Assembly: GCA_013265495.1 (NCBI GenBank)
Contig: MU058221.1
Location: 3,162,001-3,226,000 of the forward strand
Origin: Vicugna vicugna
Lineage: Eukaryota
Length of the DNA stretch: 64,000 nucleotides
Direction: 5' to 3'
A program made the position numbers and the translations under genes. This document shows, one piece after another, positions 1 through 13,789 of the stretch (position 1 is its first letter; each line of letters opens with the position of its first letter). The notes beneath the pieces were generated by a model. The model was not told the DNA's origin and did no database searches. It saw only the letters and a list, made by a program, of their open reading frames with translations.

Positions 1-44
1 TTCATTTGGTAATGACGATGATGATGTCAATAACTAAACTTTCC

Positions 45-265
45 TGAGAACTAATTATGTGACAAATGCTGCTAAATTACATGAATTATTTTATATGATA
101 TTCACACAAAAAAATCTGTGAGACACTTAATGCTACCTCATCGGCTTTAAAGATCAGGAAAATATGGTTAAGAGAGGTGTAATAATTCATCCAATTCCAG
201 CCATTATCAGAGCTGAAATTTAATGTGCTTTTCATCTCAAATCCGTGCTATTAATCATTACTGTG
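45..265 (-). mobile_element. MIR SINE, degenerate
   Basis: Matches the reverse of the MIR core (…aaagatcaggaaaatatggttaagagaggtgtaataattcatccaa…agagctgaaattt…ccgtgctattaatcattactg). Confidence 0.6.
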
Positions 266-1087
266 TATCCAGTGTCTTTCTTGTCTTTTTTTTTAGAATA
301 CATTCAGAGCTCATGTTTATTCATTTTTCTATTTATACTTTAAAAATTAACAAAAAAAGTTTCTGGGTGGTTCATGGATTTTAAGTGACTCCTTTTTATT
401 CTGAAAATACTAGATGGATTGTCTAGAAAATTTAGGAAAAATGCAAAGAAAAATATGTAGGATCCTTTAGACTTCAAGTCATTTTGCATATTTTCTTTGA
501 TGATTAGCTTTTTCACCTACTGCCTATATCATGAGCATTTCCCCATATCTTTAATACTTTTCAAGGACATATTTAATGAGAACAGAGCAATTACCCATAT
601 GAACCTATCATAATTCATTTACTGATCCATTACAGTTGGAAACTGAGATAGGGTTCCATTTTTTTGGTTTACTAAAAGCACAGCATTAATCATGGTTTTC
701 ACCGACAGTGAACTCGTTTTCTTAAGATAACACCGAAACATGAAATGGCCACTTGAAAAGAATAGATAATTAGAGGTATCCGGTTTAGCTGTATCACCAC
801 CCCACCCCAGAAAATCTGAATCATCTTGCATTCCACAGGGAGCAGGTCAGCATGTTCATGTCCCAGCACACCAGTCGATACTGAGGATACAAGGACATAC
901 ACAGCACAAGCTGTCATATGTGTACTAGTTTTCCAGTTTGTTTTACTACAAACAGCTTGATTGTGCAAACACGTTGTATTTATGGAGCACATATGATAGG
1001 TCGGGAATTTTTTAAGTGCTTTAGATACATGAATTTATTTTAATTCTAGAAACAAATTGTACAGATAATAAATATTTTTTAGACCTT

Positions 1088-1165
1088 TGTGGTAGGATGA
1101 ATAACAGCCTTCCATTGATGTAGATATTCTCACCCCTGGAGCTTGTAAATATGTTACCTTACATG

Positions 1166-1201
<36 letters not shown>

Positions 1202-1511
1202 CTGGGTGGTTTCAATGTAATCTTGAAGGTCCTTATAATAAGATGTAATAAGGGGGCATCAGGGTCAGAGAGAGAGGAGATGAGATGAAGCAAGAAGCAG
1301 AAATTAAAGTAAAATGAACCATGAGCCAAGGGATGCTCACAGTCGCTAGCAGGTGAGAGAAGCAAGGAATTAGACTCTCCCCTGGAGCTTCCAGAAGGAA
1401 CTCAGCGTTTCCAGTCCTTCTTGGACTTTTGACCTTCGTGTATATAATAAATCTGTGCTCAGCCACTAATCTTGTGGCAATTTGTTACAAATACAATAGG
1501 AAACCAGTATG
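1088..1511 (+). mobile_element. MaLR LTR (MLT1D-like)
   Basis: Starts TGTGGTAGG. Contains tatgttaccttacatggcaaaa, gagccaagggatgc, ctcccctggagcttccagaaggaac, and AATAAA followed by gccactaatcttgtggcaatttgttac…ggaaac, all hallmarks of MLT1 LTRs. An A-run at about 1167-1197 interrupts it. Confidence 0.85.
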
Positions 1512-2340
1512 GATTTTCATACCTAAAGTGGGGTGCTGCTGTAAACACACATCTAAAAATATGAAAATGGCACTGGCCCATGGGAATGGGTAAAGGCGGA
1601 AAGAATTTTGAGGGCTGTGATTGAAAGTGCTTTGTGTTTGCCTTGAACAGAGTGTTAGCAGAAACACGGATGTTAATGACTCTGCTAGCAGTGATTCAAA
1701 AGACCGAGGAGCAAAGTAGAGGACACCTATATTGTCCTAGAGAATCGGTAACTCATCACAGAGAGACGGTTGGTACAAATATGGGCGTCAAATGCACTGC
1801 TTGTCAGGATTCAGAAGGAATTGAAGACAATGTTATTGAAAAATGGAGGAAAAGAGGTACTTGTTATTTTAAGGCAGAAAGTTACGTTGTGTCCTACAGC
1901 TATGTGAAAAGCACAACTTAACACAGAGGGCTTGGATATTTAGCTGGAGATACAGCCAAGCAACAGACTGAAGTCACGGCCTCCTGTGTCTTACTTCCAG
2001 TAAAATAGGATAAATTGAGGGAACAACTATTAAGTGAAAGGAACCAGGGCTTGGAGATTTGGAAAATTATCAGCCCATCAAGACTGCCAAAGAGCTCAAA
2101 TGAAGAAATACGCTGTGAGGGAAGCATGCTCTGGAGAGAAAGTCAAGGGCCAAGTACGAATTTTGCCAATGCCTTAGATGGATCAAAAGCTTAGAATATT
2201 CAGTCATACAGAGGACTCTTGGAAGAGATTGGGCATGTGATTCATGGATGCGTTCAAAAATCTCAATAGAAAAATGGAGATGTGATGGTCTAGGGACGTC
2301 ATGCCCCTGGGCTGGCACTGGACATGCTATCACAATCAAA
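1512..2340 (+). mobile_element. MaLR internal region (MLT1-int) directly downstream of the LTR
   Basis: gattttcatacc…gtggggtgctgctgtaa…ctaaaaatatgaaaatggcactgg…aaagaattttgagg…gttattgaaaaatggaggaaaagagg is the typical start of MLT1-int. The 3' boundary is approximate. Confidence 0.75.
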
Positions 2341-2539
2341 ACTCAATCAGTCAAATACATGGTACGTTTGGGAGGCTTATGTTTTGTTTATTCCTGCACC
2401 ATGCACTTTGGAAAGTAGGGAAGAAGAAGTAGGGTTCCAAAAAAATGTACAAATTATTTGGAGATTTAAACATTTTTAAAGCATGAGAAAAATAAATAAT
2501 AACCAAATGATTCATTGAGTGGTCTGACATTATCACAGG

Positions 2540-2860
2540 AGTTCAGAAGAGAGGGAAAGAGGTGGACAGTCTGAGTCTTCCAGTGAAGAAGTATAATTTA
2601 GACTGGACTTATAAGGATTTTATTTTCATGTTGAGCACAGTGAGAGACAAGCAATGAAGAGAAGACAACTTCAGGGTAAAGGTACAGATTGGCTTAAACT
2701 AGAGAAAAACTTAGCTTGGGCATCGGGGAGATTATGTTAGGTGGGTAAAATAAAATCAGAAAATATTGAAGGTGAAATGCAGGTGTTCCTCTTTTATTAG
2801 GGAATCGCTGAAAGGATCAAATTACTAGGGACTTGAATCGATCACACTTGTGTTTGTTCT
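2540..2860 (-). mobile_element. L2 LINE fragment
   Basis: Purine-rich degenerate L2-like text (gagtcttccagtgaagaag…tttagactggacttataagg…); boundaries uncertain. Confidence 0.4.
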
Positions 2861-3889
2861 GAGTTTAACTCAAAACAGCTTATCTTTTTTTTCCCACGAC
2901 ACATTTATTCGATTTGCGAAAGTGTAAACAGTAGAGTGTAGTCAATTTTACCATCACAAACACATTGAATTATTTTTATGTGTTGCATGTTCATAGTTGC
3001 ATGTCTGTACCTGTGCACATAAAACATGAACTATGTAAGAATTCCAATCCTGTTTATGAAAGTGTGCAAGTAACTATGTCTAAGTTCTTGAACAGTAAAT
3101 CCAACATCAAGCCAGTGTCTCCCTACAGGTGGAGTGTGAAATGTGTCACAATTACAGATTTTATTTGCTCTTTTTAGGCTCCAATTAATTTTGTTCCTAT
3201 TCTTTTTTAATATATTATTTCATCAAACTATGTGTTTTCTGGAAGATTTATCTTTGCCCAATTATTTTATAATAACGCTGACTTTCCGTCAAAGAAAACT
3301 GTCTTAGATTCAGAGACATTTTGAAGTATTTGAAACACAACTTGCTATAATGAAGCAGATAATAAGATCATTAAGCTTTGTTTCCCATTTGGGATAAAAG
3401 CATTATCATTGCTTTAAAATGTACTAATTAAGCCAGTTTCGGGTCCTCAAGGAGCTGAAATCTGAATAATCTGATTTCATGGTCTTTGGTTTTCTTCCTT
3501 TTAGCCCACGTCTGCATAAAAGGGGGCAAATCCCGTCAAGCTTCATCTACTTGCTTTTCCCTAGTACGGTTACTGCGCTGCAGCAGCTTTCGTTGTGTTA
3601 GTCACACGTTTATTTCCAGCCCTATTCCTGCCTCTGTTCTTTCCTGATTTCCCTGCGCCTGGATTCGTGTTTTTTTTCCGTTCTCCTATTTCATATTCTT
3701 CCACACAGCCATATTCCTTAAAGCATCTTTGTGAATCTACTCTCACCTTTTTCTCTATGCTTCTTAAATCTGTACATGGAAAATTTTCAGGCACATTGGC
3801 AAATCTCTAAATAGTGAATTATCTTGGATTTTTTGTGTAGCCTAAGGCTCAAGGTTCTTAGAAAGCCCCCTGCATCTACACACATTATC

Positions 3890-4300
3890 CTCAAATAAAA
3901 TGCTAACATACATTAAAAAAATTTTTTAATACTTAAAAATCTATTGCAAATATACTCAAGGATTTAAAGAAAAATATGGATGTAATATAGAAAGAAATGG
4001 AAATTATTAAAAAGAACCTAAAGGAGCATCTAAAAACAATGCAAAAACTACAATGAAACCAGTGCACAGAATGAATTTATCTGTAGTTTTGACCCTTACG
4101 AATGAAGATCAGTACTCTTGAACACAGAGAGAAAAAAAAAAAAAAGAAACTCAAAAATGAAGTAAAAGAAGACAAAAAAGGCTCGGATTGGGTCGGGGGT
4201 GGAATATCAAATAGAACTTCAGCAATAAGCAGTCTAACATTTCTATACTTGGAATTGTAGTAGGAAAAAAAGATGCATAGGAAGAAAACTCATATTGAAA
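3890..4300 (+). mobile_element. old L1M ORF1-region remnant
   Basis: A-rich sequence (caaggatttaaagaaaaatatggat…gaaatggaaattattaaaaagaacc…) resembling the coiled-coil region of ancient L1 ORF1. Confidence 0.45.
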
Positions 4301-4959
4301 AAAATTGCGTATTTTCTTCACACATACACATACTTTTTCATGAAGTATAGTGTTTTATACATAAATGCATTTTTATGTAAAAAAAAAGAGAACGGGAGTC
4401 AGCCTTCATGTATGAAACGACTGAGGAAGTTAGATAAGGATCACATTAGGTTTTGGTTTAAAAATTTAGAGAGTATTTGTGATCTTGAATTTAATTTCAG
4501 TGTGGAGATGAGAACTAGAGACTAAGCTGAAGAGGTGGAGGACTTTAATTACTCTTTTAAACTGTGTACATGTAAGTTTTATTAAATAAAAACATGTGCA
4601 AATAATACAACATATACCCACATAGTTAATCTAATTTGACACACATTAAAATTTAATAGATCTTAATATCCCTCATTATTTGCATTTTCCCGTTGCATGA
4701 ATAGTAGATATAATTCCTATTATGACTTAACTGTTTCCGTGCTTTGGTTTATAAGTTTGTGACACATATAATTTAAAAATATCAAGAGCCTTTTATGCAT
4801 ACTTTTAAACTGTATGCAAAGTAAACACATTACAAGTATTCTTTTGGATTTTTTTTTCATTCAAATATATTCTATTCAAATAGAATATACTGTAGTGTGA
4901 GTTTTTTTTTTTTTGTTTATTTTTTATCAATTCTTCTGTTGTTTGGTTTGTTTGTCTTT

Positions 4960-5800
4960 TCTTATTTTTTAGCATTGGGAAAGGTGTTTCTATAAATGTC
5001 AGCTTGTGCACCTGTATGCCAATGTATTTGGATTATGGAGTCCTAAAATACACATATTTTCACATTTGCTAATGTTCACTACACATTTTGACATTTGCCA
5101 TTTCTTCTCAGTTGTAAACTAGTTTGATGGCACCAATTTCCACTTCCTCTGATAGAATGCAGCAGTTGTGCCTTGGCACAGCTTTGACAATTCTTACTAT
5201 TTTTATGACTTAAATAGTGTTTGATGGGTATAAAAAGGTACCTTTATATGTTTCCTTTTTGACTACTTTCTGTTTAACAGTGACGGTGATTACCAGTATT
5301 TACTGGCAATTCAGTTATCCTTTCTATGAGTTGTCTGTTATTTTATTTTGCACATATTTCTTATATGTTTTTTGTCTCTATATTATTGCTTTTTGTTTTA
5401 ATTCATGTATAATACAGACTATCATCTATATTAACAAAAGTTGGCTAATATACTGTAATTATCTTTTCATGGAATATAGTTGTATTTTAATTTTACTAGT
5501 TGCAGTTAAATACATTTTCATTTTAAATACAGTCAATTTGTCAATACTTGGATTATAATTTATTTTGTGTCAAGAAATACTTTTCTTTCCAGAAGTTATC
5601 AGTATATTATTGCATGTTTTATTCTAAAAGTTTCAAGTTTCCTTATCTTAGCTAATATTTAACTGACCTGTAGTTGAACTGTCTACATCATTTGAGGTTA
5701 AAAATTCCACCACATTGTGTTACTACCCCGGCAGCATTTACCGAGCTGTTCATCCTTCCCACAGTGGGTCTGCGATGTGAGCATTTGTCTCTTTCTAAAA
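4960..5800 (-). mobile_element. old L1ME-like fragment
   Basis: T-rich, with antisense L1 ORF2/3' motifs (caccaatttccacttcc…, tgcagttaaatacattttcattttaaatacagtcaatttgtcaat…). Confidence 0.5.
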
Positions 5801-6892
5801 TCCCTGCTCTATTCCTTCCGATCATTTGTTTAGCTGAGTATCACTTTTCTTTTGAGGGCCTTTCCAAGTTAATGTTTATCTGGGGGTATCAACAGCGACA
5901 CAAAGAAGCTCAAGGCAAATCACAAATTTACGCCAGGGCAGATAAATGCTTCTCAATTCTCAGATAATATCTTTTGAAGCCATAGCTCATTTCAAGACAG
6001 TTATTAACTGTTATCTTCCTTTGATGATGCACTGATTTTTCCATTCCCTTCTTTCACTGGATGGGTGCCAGTTTTAGGTGGGTGTCCCAGTTCTTCTCCT
6101 TGCAGGGGACACAACCATGTCTCCCGTTGCCTGGGCAACCACTAAAATAATCTCTTAGTTATCCGTGCCTGCATGGGCACCACAGTAGCCTCAGATCTAC
6201 AGTGACTTATTTCTGGTTTCTAGCTGCCTTCTTAAAGTCTGTGACCGCTGAAATGAATTTCTCTTACTTCCTTGCGTAAGTTATGGAGTGACTTAAAACA
6301 AATAAACCAAAACCAAAGATGAACCAAATTAACCAACCAAACAAATAATGTTTTATCTAAAGCATCCAGTGTTTGTGGGTATTCTGTATTGGGAGATTTA
6401 TTTTTTTTCCCCAGGGCATCTTGTACACTGCAATACTAGAATTGAAAGTCCAGCCCGGGATTTCTAGGAGTTTTGATAAAAAACAGAACAGAAAAGGAAG
6501 CAGTTGTTGGGCAGCATTTTTGCCAGTGAATGTATTTTTATCTTTTATGAAGGACCCTAAATCCCTTCAGATAAAGATGCGCTTTTCAGGTCTCTACAGT
6601 TTCACACTCTTCTCGTTTTCTGTGCCCTGTGTGCCTCTCTAATTTATGTTATCTTTCTGGTGCCTGTAGGCATTGAACCTTGCAATACCTGCTTTAAGGA
6701 TTTGACTCTTTTCTATGTTTATCCAGCTCTTAAGTTTAAAGAGCTTCTACTTGATGATGGAAGTAGAAGAAAAATTAAAGTAGACTCCTTTTTTGACTTC
6801 CATTACAATAATAGCACCCACCTCAAGCAGGTTGACCCCTCTTTCTCGTCTGCCCTCCTCTGCAAACATTCCCTGACGTTCCACTCACTTGT

Positions 6893-7025
6893 CTTTTCTT
6901 TTTTTTTAAACATTTGAAAAAATTGAAGTAAAGCCAGTTATAATGTGTCAATTTCTGGTGCACAGCGAAATGTTTCAGCCACACAGATACATACATATTA
7001 CCATTTTCATTCAACAGGATCACAA
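6893..7025 (-). mobile_element. short 5'-truncated lineage-specific L1 3' end
   Basis: T-tract followed by attgaagtaaagccagttataatgtgtcaatttctggtgcacagc; same family as the copies at 8.7, 30.4 and 61.2 kb. Confidence 0.75.
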
Positions 7026-8710
7026 GCCACAGCTCATTTTGAGCTCAGGTCTTCCCGACAGTCATTTTCTGTATTTTTATCACAGTCTTGTATTCTTCTT
7101 TGGTTTTGTGCATCAATGCTAACCTCTCACAATTAAAAAAGAAAGGAAGGGAGGAAAGAAGGGAGGAAGGGAGGAAGGAAGAATATATATAATCTTGCAA
7201 AAGGTCTTTGGGTAGGCTTACTAGGCATTATAGACGGGTCTCATTGAATTTAGTCTTTTACGCTATTCATGGATGTGTCACCAGAATTTTATTTTTAAGG
7301 AGCCAGTTAATTTTGAATCATAGTCTTATCTAAAGTTTCTGGTCATTGGATCATAGCCATGCTTTATACGAAAAAAATGTTTCTTTCCAGAAGTTTATGA
7401 GAACTATCAGCCTAGGCTAGGCATTCCTTTCCCTTATCGCCAAAGCTCCAAAATAGCCCTGGTACGTCTATGTCATACATATGTCATTCTTGTTGATATT
7501 TGAGTTTCCTCTTATGATGTCAAGTGATTAAATAGATCAAAAATTATTATATAAGCAAAATGATACTATTGAAAGCTATCTGGGTCAATGAAAGTCTCCA
7601 AACTGCCATTTATTTTCTCTAATAGAACTTTTAGAAATAGCAGATGTTTCATAACACATTGATATTGAATTGAAATTTACCCAAATTGGGAGGATTTGGT
7701 GAGAGAGATTCTTGACCTACTAGGAGCAAATCTGACAACTCTGCTTGCTACATCTCCAACTGTGTGTCAGTAGTAATTAGCGTTCAGATGACACGGAGAC
7801 CTTGCAAGTAATTACTTGATAAGTAACTTCCTGCAGAGGGAGCCACTAAGCTGACCCCTTGGGTTTAGACATTTTAGGGCAATTTCTTACAATAAAGCTT
7901 GTTTTTTTTTGTTTTGTTTTTCTTTCTTTTTTTTTTTTCCAGTCATCTTTTGACTTCCCAGATAATCCATTCTCCCAGCTACTTGGATTTCTCACCGATT
8001 TTGGAAAAAAACATCGTTTTATCAGCATTATTGATGGTAATGACATACATGTAAGCTTTAGATTGTGTTAATATACTTATACATGCACACGTGCTCACAT
8101 ATAATCTGTCTTGAGGTATGAAAATCCAAAGGAACTACAGAGCTGTTTCTGTAAATTAAATTACCAAGGTAAATTATTTAACCTTTCACATTTTCTGCTT
8201 ATCCCTTGGTAAAAGACACTTTAAAAGCATCCCTTCATATGCAAATCTTCATACGAAAAGAATGTTAGTGATGGCTTTTCTTTTTTAAATTTGAGGTCCA
8301 AAGGCTATTCTCATGTTTTGTTCCTCCCTAGCACATCTTTACAGCACTAGATTTTGATGCTTAGGATAAAAATCACCAAGTGAGCCGTAGCAACCTGTTT
8401 ATTATTTTGAATGCCAAGAGTGAAGCTTTTTGTAGTTAATTAGCCGAGTTAAATAAATCATGCTTTTTCACTCCACAGTTTTGGAAAGCAGTCTACAACA
8501 AAATAAACTGTAAAAATTACCTATGTTTAATAATACTCTAATTTAGTTGGAGTGATAGGAAACCTTTGCTTGAAATAATACCTTGCAAAGCAATGCATAT
8601 CTTAAGTTTACTTGGGTATAACGTATTTCACTAAAAACATATAAACAGCGTGACTAAATAAAGTGTGATGTTAAACTATACTGACGCTTCTTCACTTTTC
8701 AATAAATTCC

Positions 8711-8858
8711 TTTTTTTTTCTTTTTTTTACATTGAAGTATAGCCAGGTACAATGTGTCGATTTCTGGTGCACAGCACAGTGTCCCAGTCATGCAGATAGA
8801 TACATATATTTGTTTTCATATTCTTTTTCATTAAATGTTATTACAAGACACTGAATAC
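8711..8858 (-). mobile_element. short 5'-truncated lineage-specific L1 3' end
   Basis: Poly-T followed by attgaagtatagccaggtacaatgtgtcgatttctggtgcacagcacagtgtcccagtcatgc…ttattacaagacactgaata. Confidence 0.8.
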
Positions 8859-9145
8859 ATTTGACATTTTTGTCGATGAGTCTAGAGTCTTCTACAGTGT
8901 AACCTGAGTTGTCTTCAAACAACCAATGCTATCCCATCGCTTTCCTGTTTAAAAACTTCTCGTTAACAGTACCATATCCACACTTCCTAGTTTGGCATCC
9001 ACAGTCTTTGATGATGTGGTTCCAACCTTTCTTCCAAGTATTCCCTGTGGTTATTCCCAAGTCTGAGTTGTTCAGTCCCACTTCACATTTCCTACTTCCT
9101 CATCAGCGTGTCTTTTCACAACTCTGCACATGGTGTAACGTTTGC

Positions 9146-10228
9146 ATTTTTAAGACTTCACTGTTTTAGAGCCGCATTAGGTTTACAACAGCCTTGTCAA
9201 GCTGGCTTCTTCCACTTAGCAATAGATAATTTACGCCTTCTTCCTGGTGTTTTCCTCACGGTTTTATAACTCAGAAATGAATAACGTTACCCTGTCTGGC
9301 TGTACCCGCTTTATCCATTCCCCTGCCGGAGGACGTGTTGGTTGCTCCAAGCTTTAGTAGCTATGAATAAAGCTGTTACAAACAACCATATGCAGGTTCT
9401 TGTGTGGGTATACGTTGTTAACGCCTTTAGGTAAATGCCAATAAGTGTGACTGCTGAACTGGATGTAAGAGCGTGTTTAGTTTTGTAGGAAACCCCGGAA
9501 TGTCTTCCCAGGTGGTGCACCGTTTCCCATTCCTGTCGGCCACGTATGAGAGCTCCTGTCGCTCTGTGTCCTCGTGTGTGGGGTTGTCAGGGTCTAGATT
9601 TGGGTCATTTCAATAAGTGCGCCCCTCATTATTCTTTCAGTTTGCTTTTCCTTGATGGCTCATTTTCCAAATAAGCCTACAAGAAGAGATGCTTATTTGC
9701 CATCTGGGTATTTCATCTGGTGAGATGGGTTAAGGTCTTTGGCCCATTTCTTAACTGAGCGGTCTGTTTCCTTACTAGTGGGCTTTTAGAGTTCTTTGTG
9801 TAGTTCAGGTAACGGTATGTTGGGGGATGTGTCCCTTGCAAATATATTCTCCCAGAGCATGGTGTGTCTTCTCATCCTCTTAACGTTGTCTTCACAGAGC
9901 AGAACGGTTTGAGTTTAATGACATCAAGCTTCTCCAATATTCCTTTCCCGGAATTTCTATATTTCATTCTTTATTGGTCTTGTATCTAAAATGGTACCAT
10001 CGTACCCAAAGGCATCTATGTTTTCTCCTATGTTAGCACCTAAGAGTTTTACAGTGTTGCATTTATATTCAGCATTGTGATTCATTCTGAGTTAATGGGA
10101 AGGGTTTAAATTCTGTGTCTAGATCCATTTTTTTTTCATGTGAATATTCAGTTGTTCCAGCACCATTTGTTGAAGGGAATATCCTTGCCCCACTGTATTG
10201 CTTTTGCTCCTTTGTCAATGATCAGTTA
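9146..10228 (-). mobile_element. L1 (L1MC-like) 3' UTR and ORF2 3' end
   Basis: Antisense L1 motifs: ctatgaataaagctgttacaaacaaccatatgcagg, tgcttatttgccatctg, ttgcaaatatattctcccag, cagttgttccagcaccatttgttgaag. Confidence 0.85.
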
Positions 10229-11211
10229 CCAGTAAGGGTGGAGGGAAATGTTTGGGAGGCAGTAGTAATAAGACTTGGTAGTAAATTGTTTGTGGAAATA
10301 GGAGTTTGATAGTTGGATAGGAGAACTCACATTCACACATTCTATAAATAATATTCAGATTCTCCTGAATCAGCATTTCAATGAAAGCAACTGTGGTCAT
10401 TTTCTGAAGCAATATGTGGATGTTTCTTTGAGATTCTGAGCATCTCCTTTATAAGCATTTACTTTCCATGGTGAGGTGTCGGGCAAAAATCTCCAAGGTG
10501 CTTTATTTTTCAGATGAGTTGCAAAAAGATATGTCTTTGTTTCTTTTCTGCACATTTTCCCACTGAATTCATGACCCAGGTGGGTGATACTTTGCAAAGA
10601 ATTTTAATATGGCTTTCCTGTCACAGCATTCGGCAGCTGTGGAAATATGGGGTTCACTTTCCTTTAATGCTTCTATCCTATCCATTTCTGAGGTCACAAG
10701 CAATCTACAGAAAGCCTTTGTTGTTATTTCAGAAATTGCCCAATCTCTAAGTCCTGTCTTCTGTTTGTAAGTATGTCTCGTATCTGGCTCTTAGCCTTTA
10801 ATCTCCTGCTCTCACACCTCAATTTCCCCTCTCGGTTTAGTTCCTCTGTTCTGACAATTCCTCGCTTATGATTTAGCATCTCAGCAAACTTCGTCTTGGA
10901 AGAATCTTTCTCAGATGTTTTTATGAACAAAAGGTGCCAAGACCTTATGATGATGTTACACTTCTCGGATACATCCATTGAGTTTGGACCTTACTAAGTC
11001 TGGCTAATATTGATTTCCCTAACCTTATAGATGAGAACTAATGGATAAGGGAAGGTTAACGATGAGTCTACATTAGCATGTCGGTAGACCGTTGTGGGGT
11101 ACAGGCTTGCTGCCGTTCAAGACCAGCTTTGAGCTCCAGTGGACAAAATAAAGTTAACAAATATCCAGAGGAAGTTATGCTTACAAAAATGGTGAGGCCT
11201 GTGACCTGCAG

Positions 11212-11213
<2 letters not shown>

Positions 11214-11251
<38 letters not shown>
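11214..11251. repeat. poly(T) homopolymer
   Basis: Direct reading of the sequence. Confidence 0.95.
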
Positions 11252-11254
<3 letters not shown>

Positions 11255-11397
11255 TCTCTTTTTTTACTCTGGAAAGATGGTACAAGGTAGAAAAAAATTT
11301 TAAGAATTTGGATTTTTTTAGGGCAGTCAGGTCTATATTTGAGTGTGCACATTAAGAAACTAAATGAAGACCTGTATGAAGGCAGTTGCTGCTAGCA

Positions 11398-11437
<40 letters not shown>

Positions 11438-11448
11438 ACACACACACA
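11398..11448. repeat. (CA)n microsatellite, interrupted
   Basis: Direct reading of the sequence. Confidence 0.95.
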
Positions 11449-13789
11449 ACATGTTGCAAATGGTCTCCAAGACCTGTGTGATTAACCTAGGGATTTTTGA
11501 TATTTAAAAATACATAGAGTACAATACACTTAAAATAAGAAAGGAAAAGGAAAAGCAATTCCTAAAGAGAAAAAGGAGCAGAAAGATTCTATGTTATGCT
11601 AAATAAAGTAAAATAAAGACACTGTTACTTTAAAATATCATCTGACCTCTGAGACCTTCTACAACATGCAAGAATGCACAGAAAACCACGGCAGTTTACA
11701 ACTGTGACAATTAACGTGGATTTGCTCAGCCACCACCTGAGGTTAAGCTCAAGCGTGGCCTCACGAATGGGCAGAAGCAGCCTCAGAGACCCTGGGTACC
11801 TCTCCACCTACGTATGGGCCTATCAGCAGGAGACCCAGAACCCGTTACGCCCCCAGGGTTCTCTGTATACACGGTGGGTGGTGAGCTTGGACTTGACACG
11901 CTACAACCACCCTCACCTCTTTAGGCTTTTCAGTGAAAGAGCCTCTGTGAAGACAGTTAACCAGGAGAATAAGCAGAGGACCAGTAATGAAGATTTACAC
12001 AGAGAAAGAAACTGAAGTTCCTTCAGATAAACACTGGCAAGACAGACTCAGACACCAGGCCATATTGCACTGTTTCAGAAGCCTCATGCTTTCAAAGCAC
12101 CAGTGAACTAATCAAGAAGTAGAGCTAGGGGAAGGTTTAATTTTAGCTTTTAAGCGTATTGCAATGAAAAGAGCATAAAATAATTGGAAGCAGTTGAATA
12201 TTTACAAGAAAAATGGACAAAAAGACTACAAACAGTGGAATTGAAGATGGAACAAAAAAGCAAACAAATGATCATTTTAAATGGAGTAATATTAAAGACA
12301 AAATTTTGAGGATTCAATTCATTAAACCTAGAATAGAATAGTAAGGAAAAGAGAAAACGTGATACTTTTAAAAGCTAGAAATCTTTGCAACGTCTCCCAG
12401 CACACACACATTTCTCTTTTAACTGATGGGTGAAAGGGGAAAGCTAATCTCCCATCACAGAAAAATTAGAAAACAAATTAATGAAAGCTCTAAAAAATCC
12501 TAACCTGCGGGAAAGGTCTTAACGATGTTCCAAGAGCAACATTCATAACATTAAATACCTGTTTGATTATCAGGCGAAAATTAATGTAACAGAGCAGAAA
12601 TTAATTTGTTCACGATAATGCATTTGGGAAGTTCACCTTCAGTGTATCCGGGTTTGCAGTCAACACTCAGGAAAGGGTACTTGTCCCGGTTTGCACTAGA
12701 TTTTTGGATCTCGTAAGTGGGCGAGCACACGGCCAGAGTCTCCAAGAGTCATGCACTCAGGGAACAGGAGAAAATACAGCTCTTCGTGAGGATGTAAAAG
12801 TCAAGCCTCTCCTGTATTTTTTTTTTTAAGCAGTTAGAGTTCCTGAAATAACTATCTGTTAGAGAAGAACATGGGAAAATAAAATGATTTAAGAGAAACG
12901 CAGAAGGCTGATTGGAAATAGCGTAGAGGAAGAGATACACAGTTTACTGAAAACCATCCTTTCTGCGCTGCAGCGCAGTGATGCCACCATCCCGCGTCAA
13001 ATGACTCTGTTTGCGTTTGATGCTGGAGTTTCACTGCCCGCATAATAAGGATGCTTTCATCTTTCCTGTGTGTCAGTTAGCTGTGGCTGTTCCTCCTGTA
13101 TGTCCCCATACAGAGTTTCAAATAAGTTTGTCAATTCCTGCCCACCGCCCTCCACCACCCGGCCCTACACAAACCTTCCAGACCCTGAATAGTTGTATTA
13201 CTATTGCACTGAGTGTATAGATTAGGGCTCACATCTTTATAACTTTGACTCCTTCAATATCTCTAATGACAAAGCCTTTTAGTTATTTTGATTGTCTTTC
13301 ATTTCTCTCCACAGTGCCAATTACTGTTCTGTTCAGAGACGCTTCCCATATTTTATAAAATTTGTTTTTTCCGTATTGGGCATGTTTTTATGCTGTGTTA
13401 CAAATGGTATTATACACATTTCGCATTCTGCTTTTGTCACTAATGGATAGAAATACATGGTTTTTGTATACAGGCCTTGAATCTAGAAATCTTGAAATAC
13501 TAAATTATACCAATATTTGTATAGATTATTTTAGAGTTGCCATGTGTATCACCGTGTCATTTTAATGGCATGCTTTTCCTTCTTTTCTGTTGTACATACA
13601 TTTAATTTTTTTTTCTTGTTTGTGGCATTGGCTAGAATTCTTACATCTCTCATCCCCGGTCACAAGCAGAAAAGTTTTAATATGAATCACTAAGTATGAT
13701 TTTTGTAGATTGTTGAATAAGTGCTTCCTGAGATTAAGGAACTTTTCTTTGAATCTTGTTTTCTAAGCATTTTAACCTGAATAAACATG

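Noticed and set aside
11214..11251. Poly(T) as the tail of a minus-strand retrocopy
   Set aside because: No polyadenylation signal, TSD or recognisable transcript sequence lies next to it.
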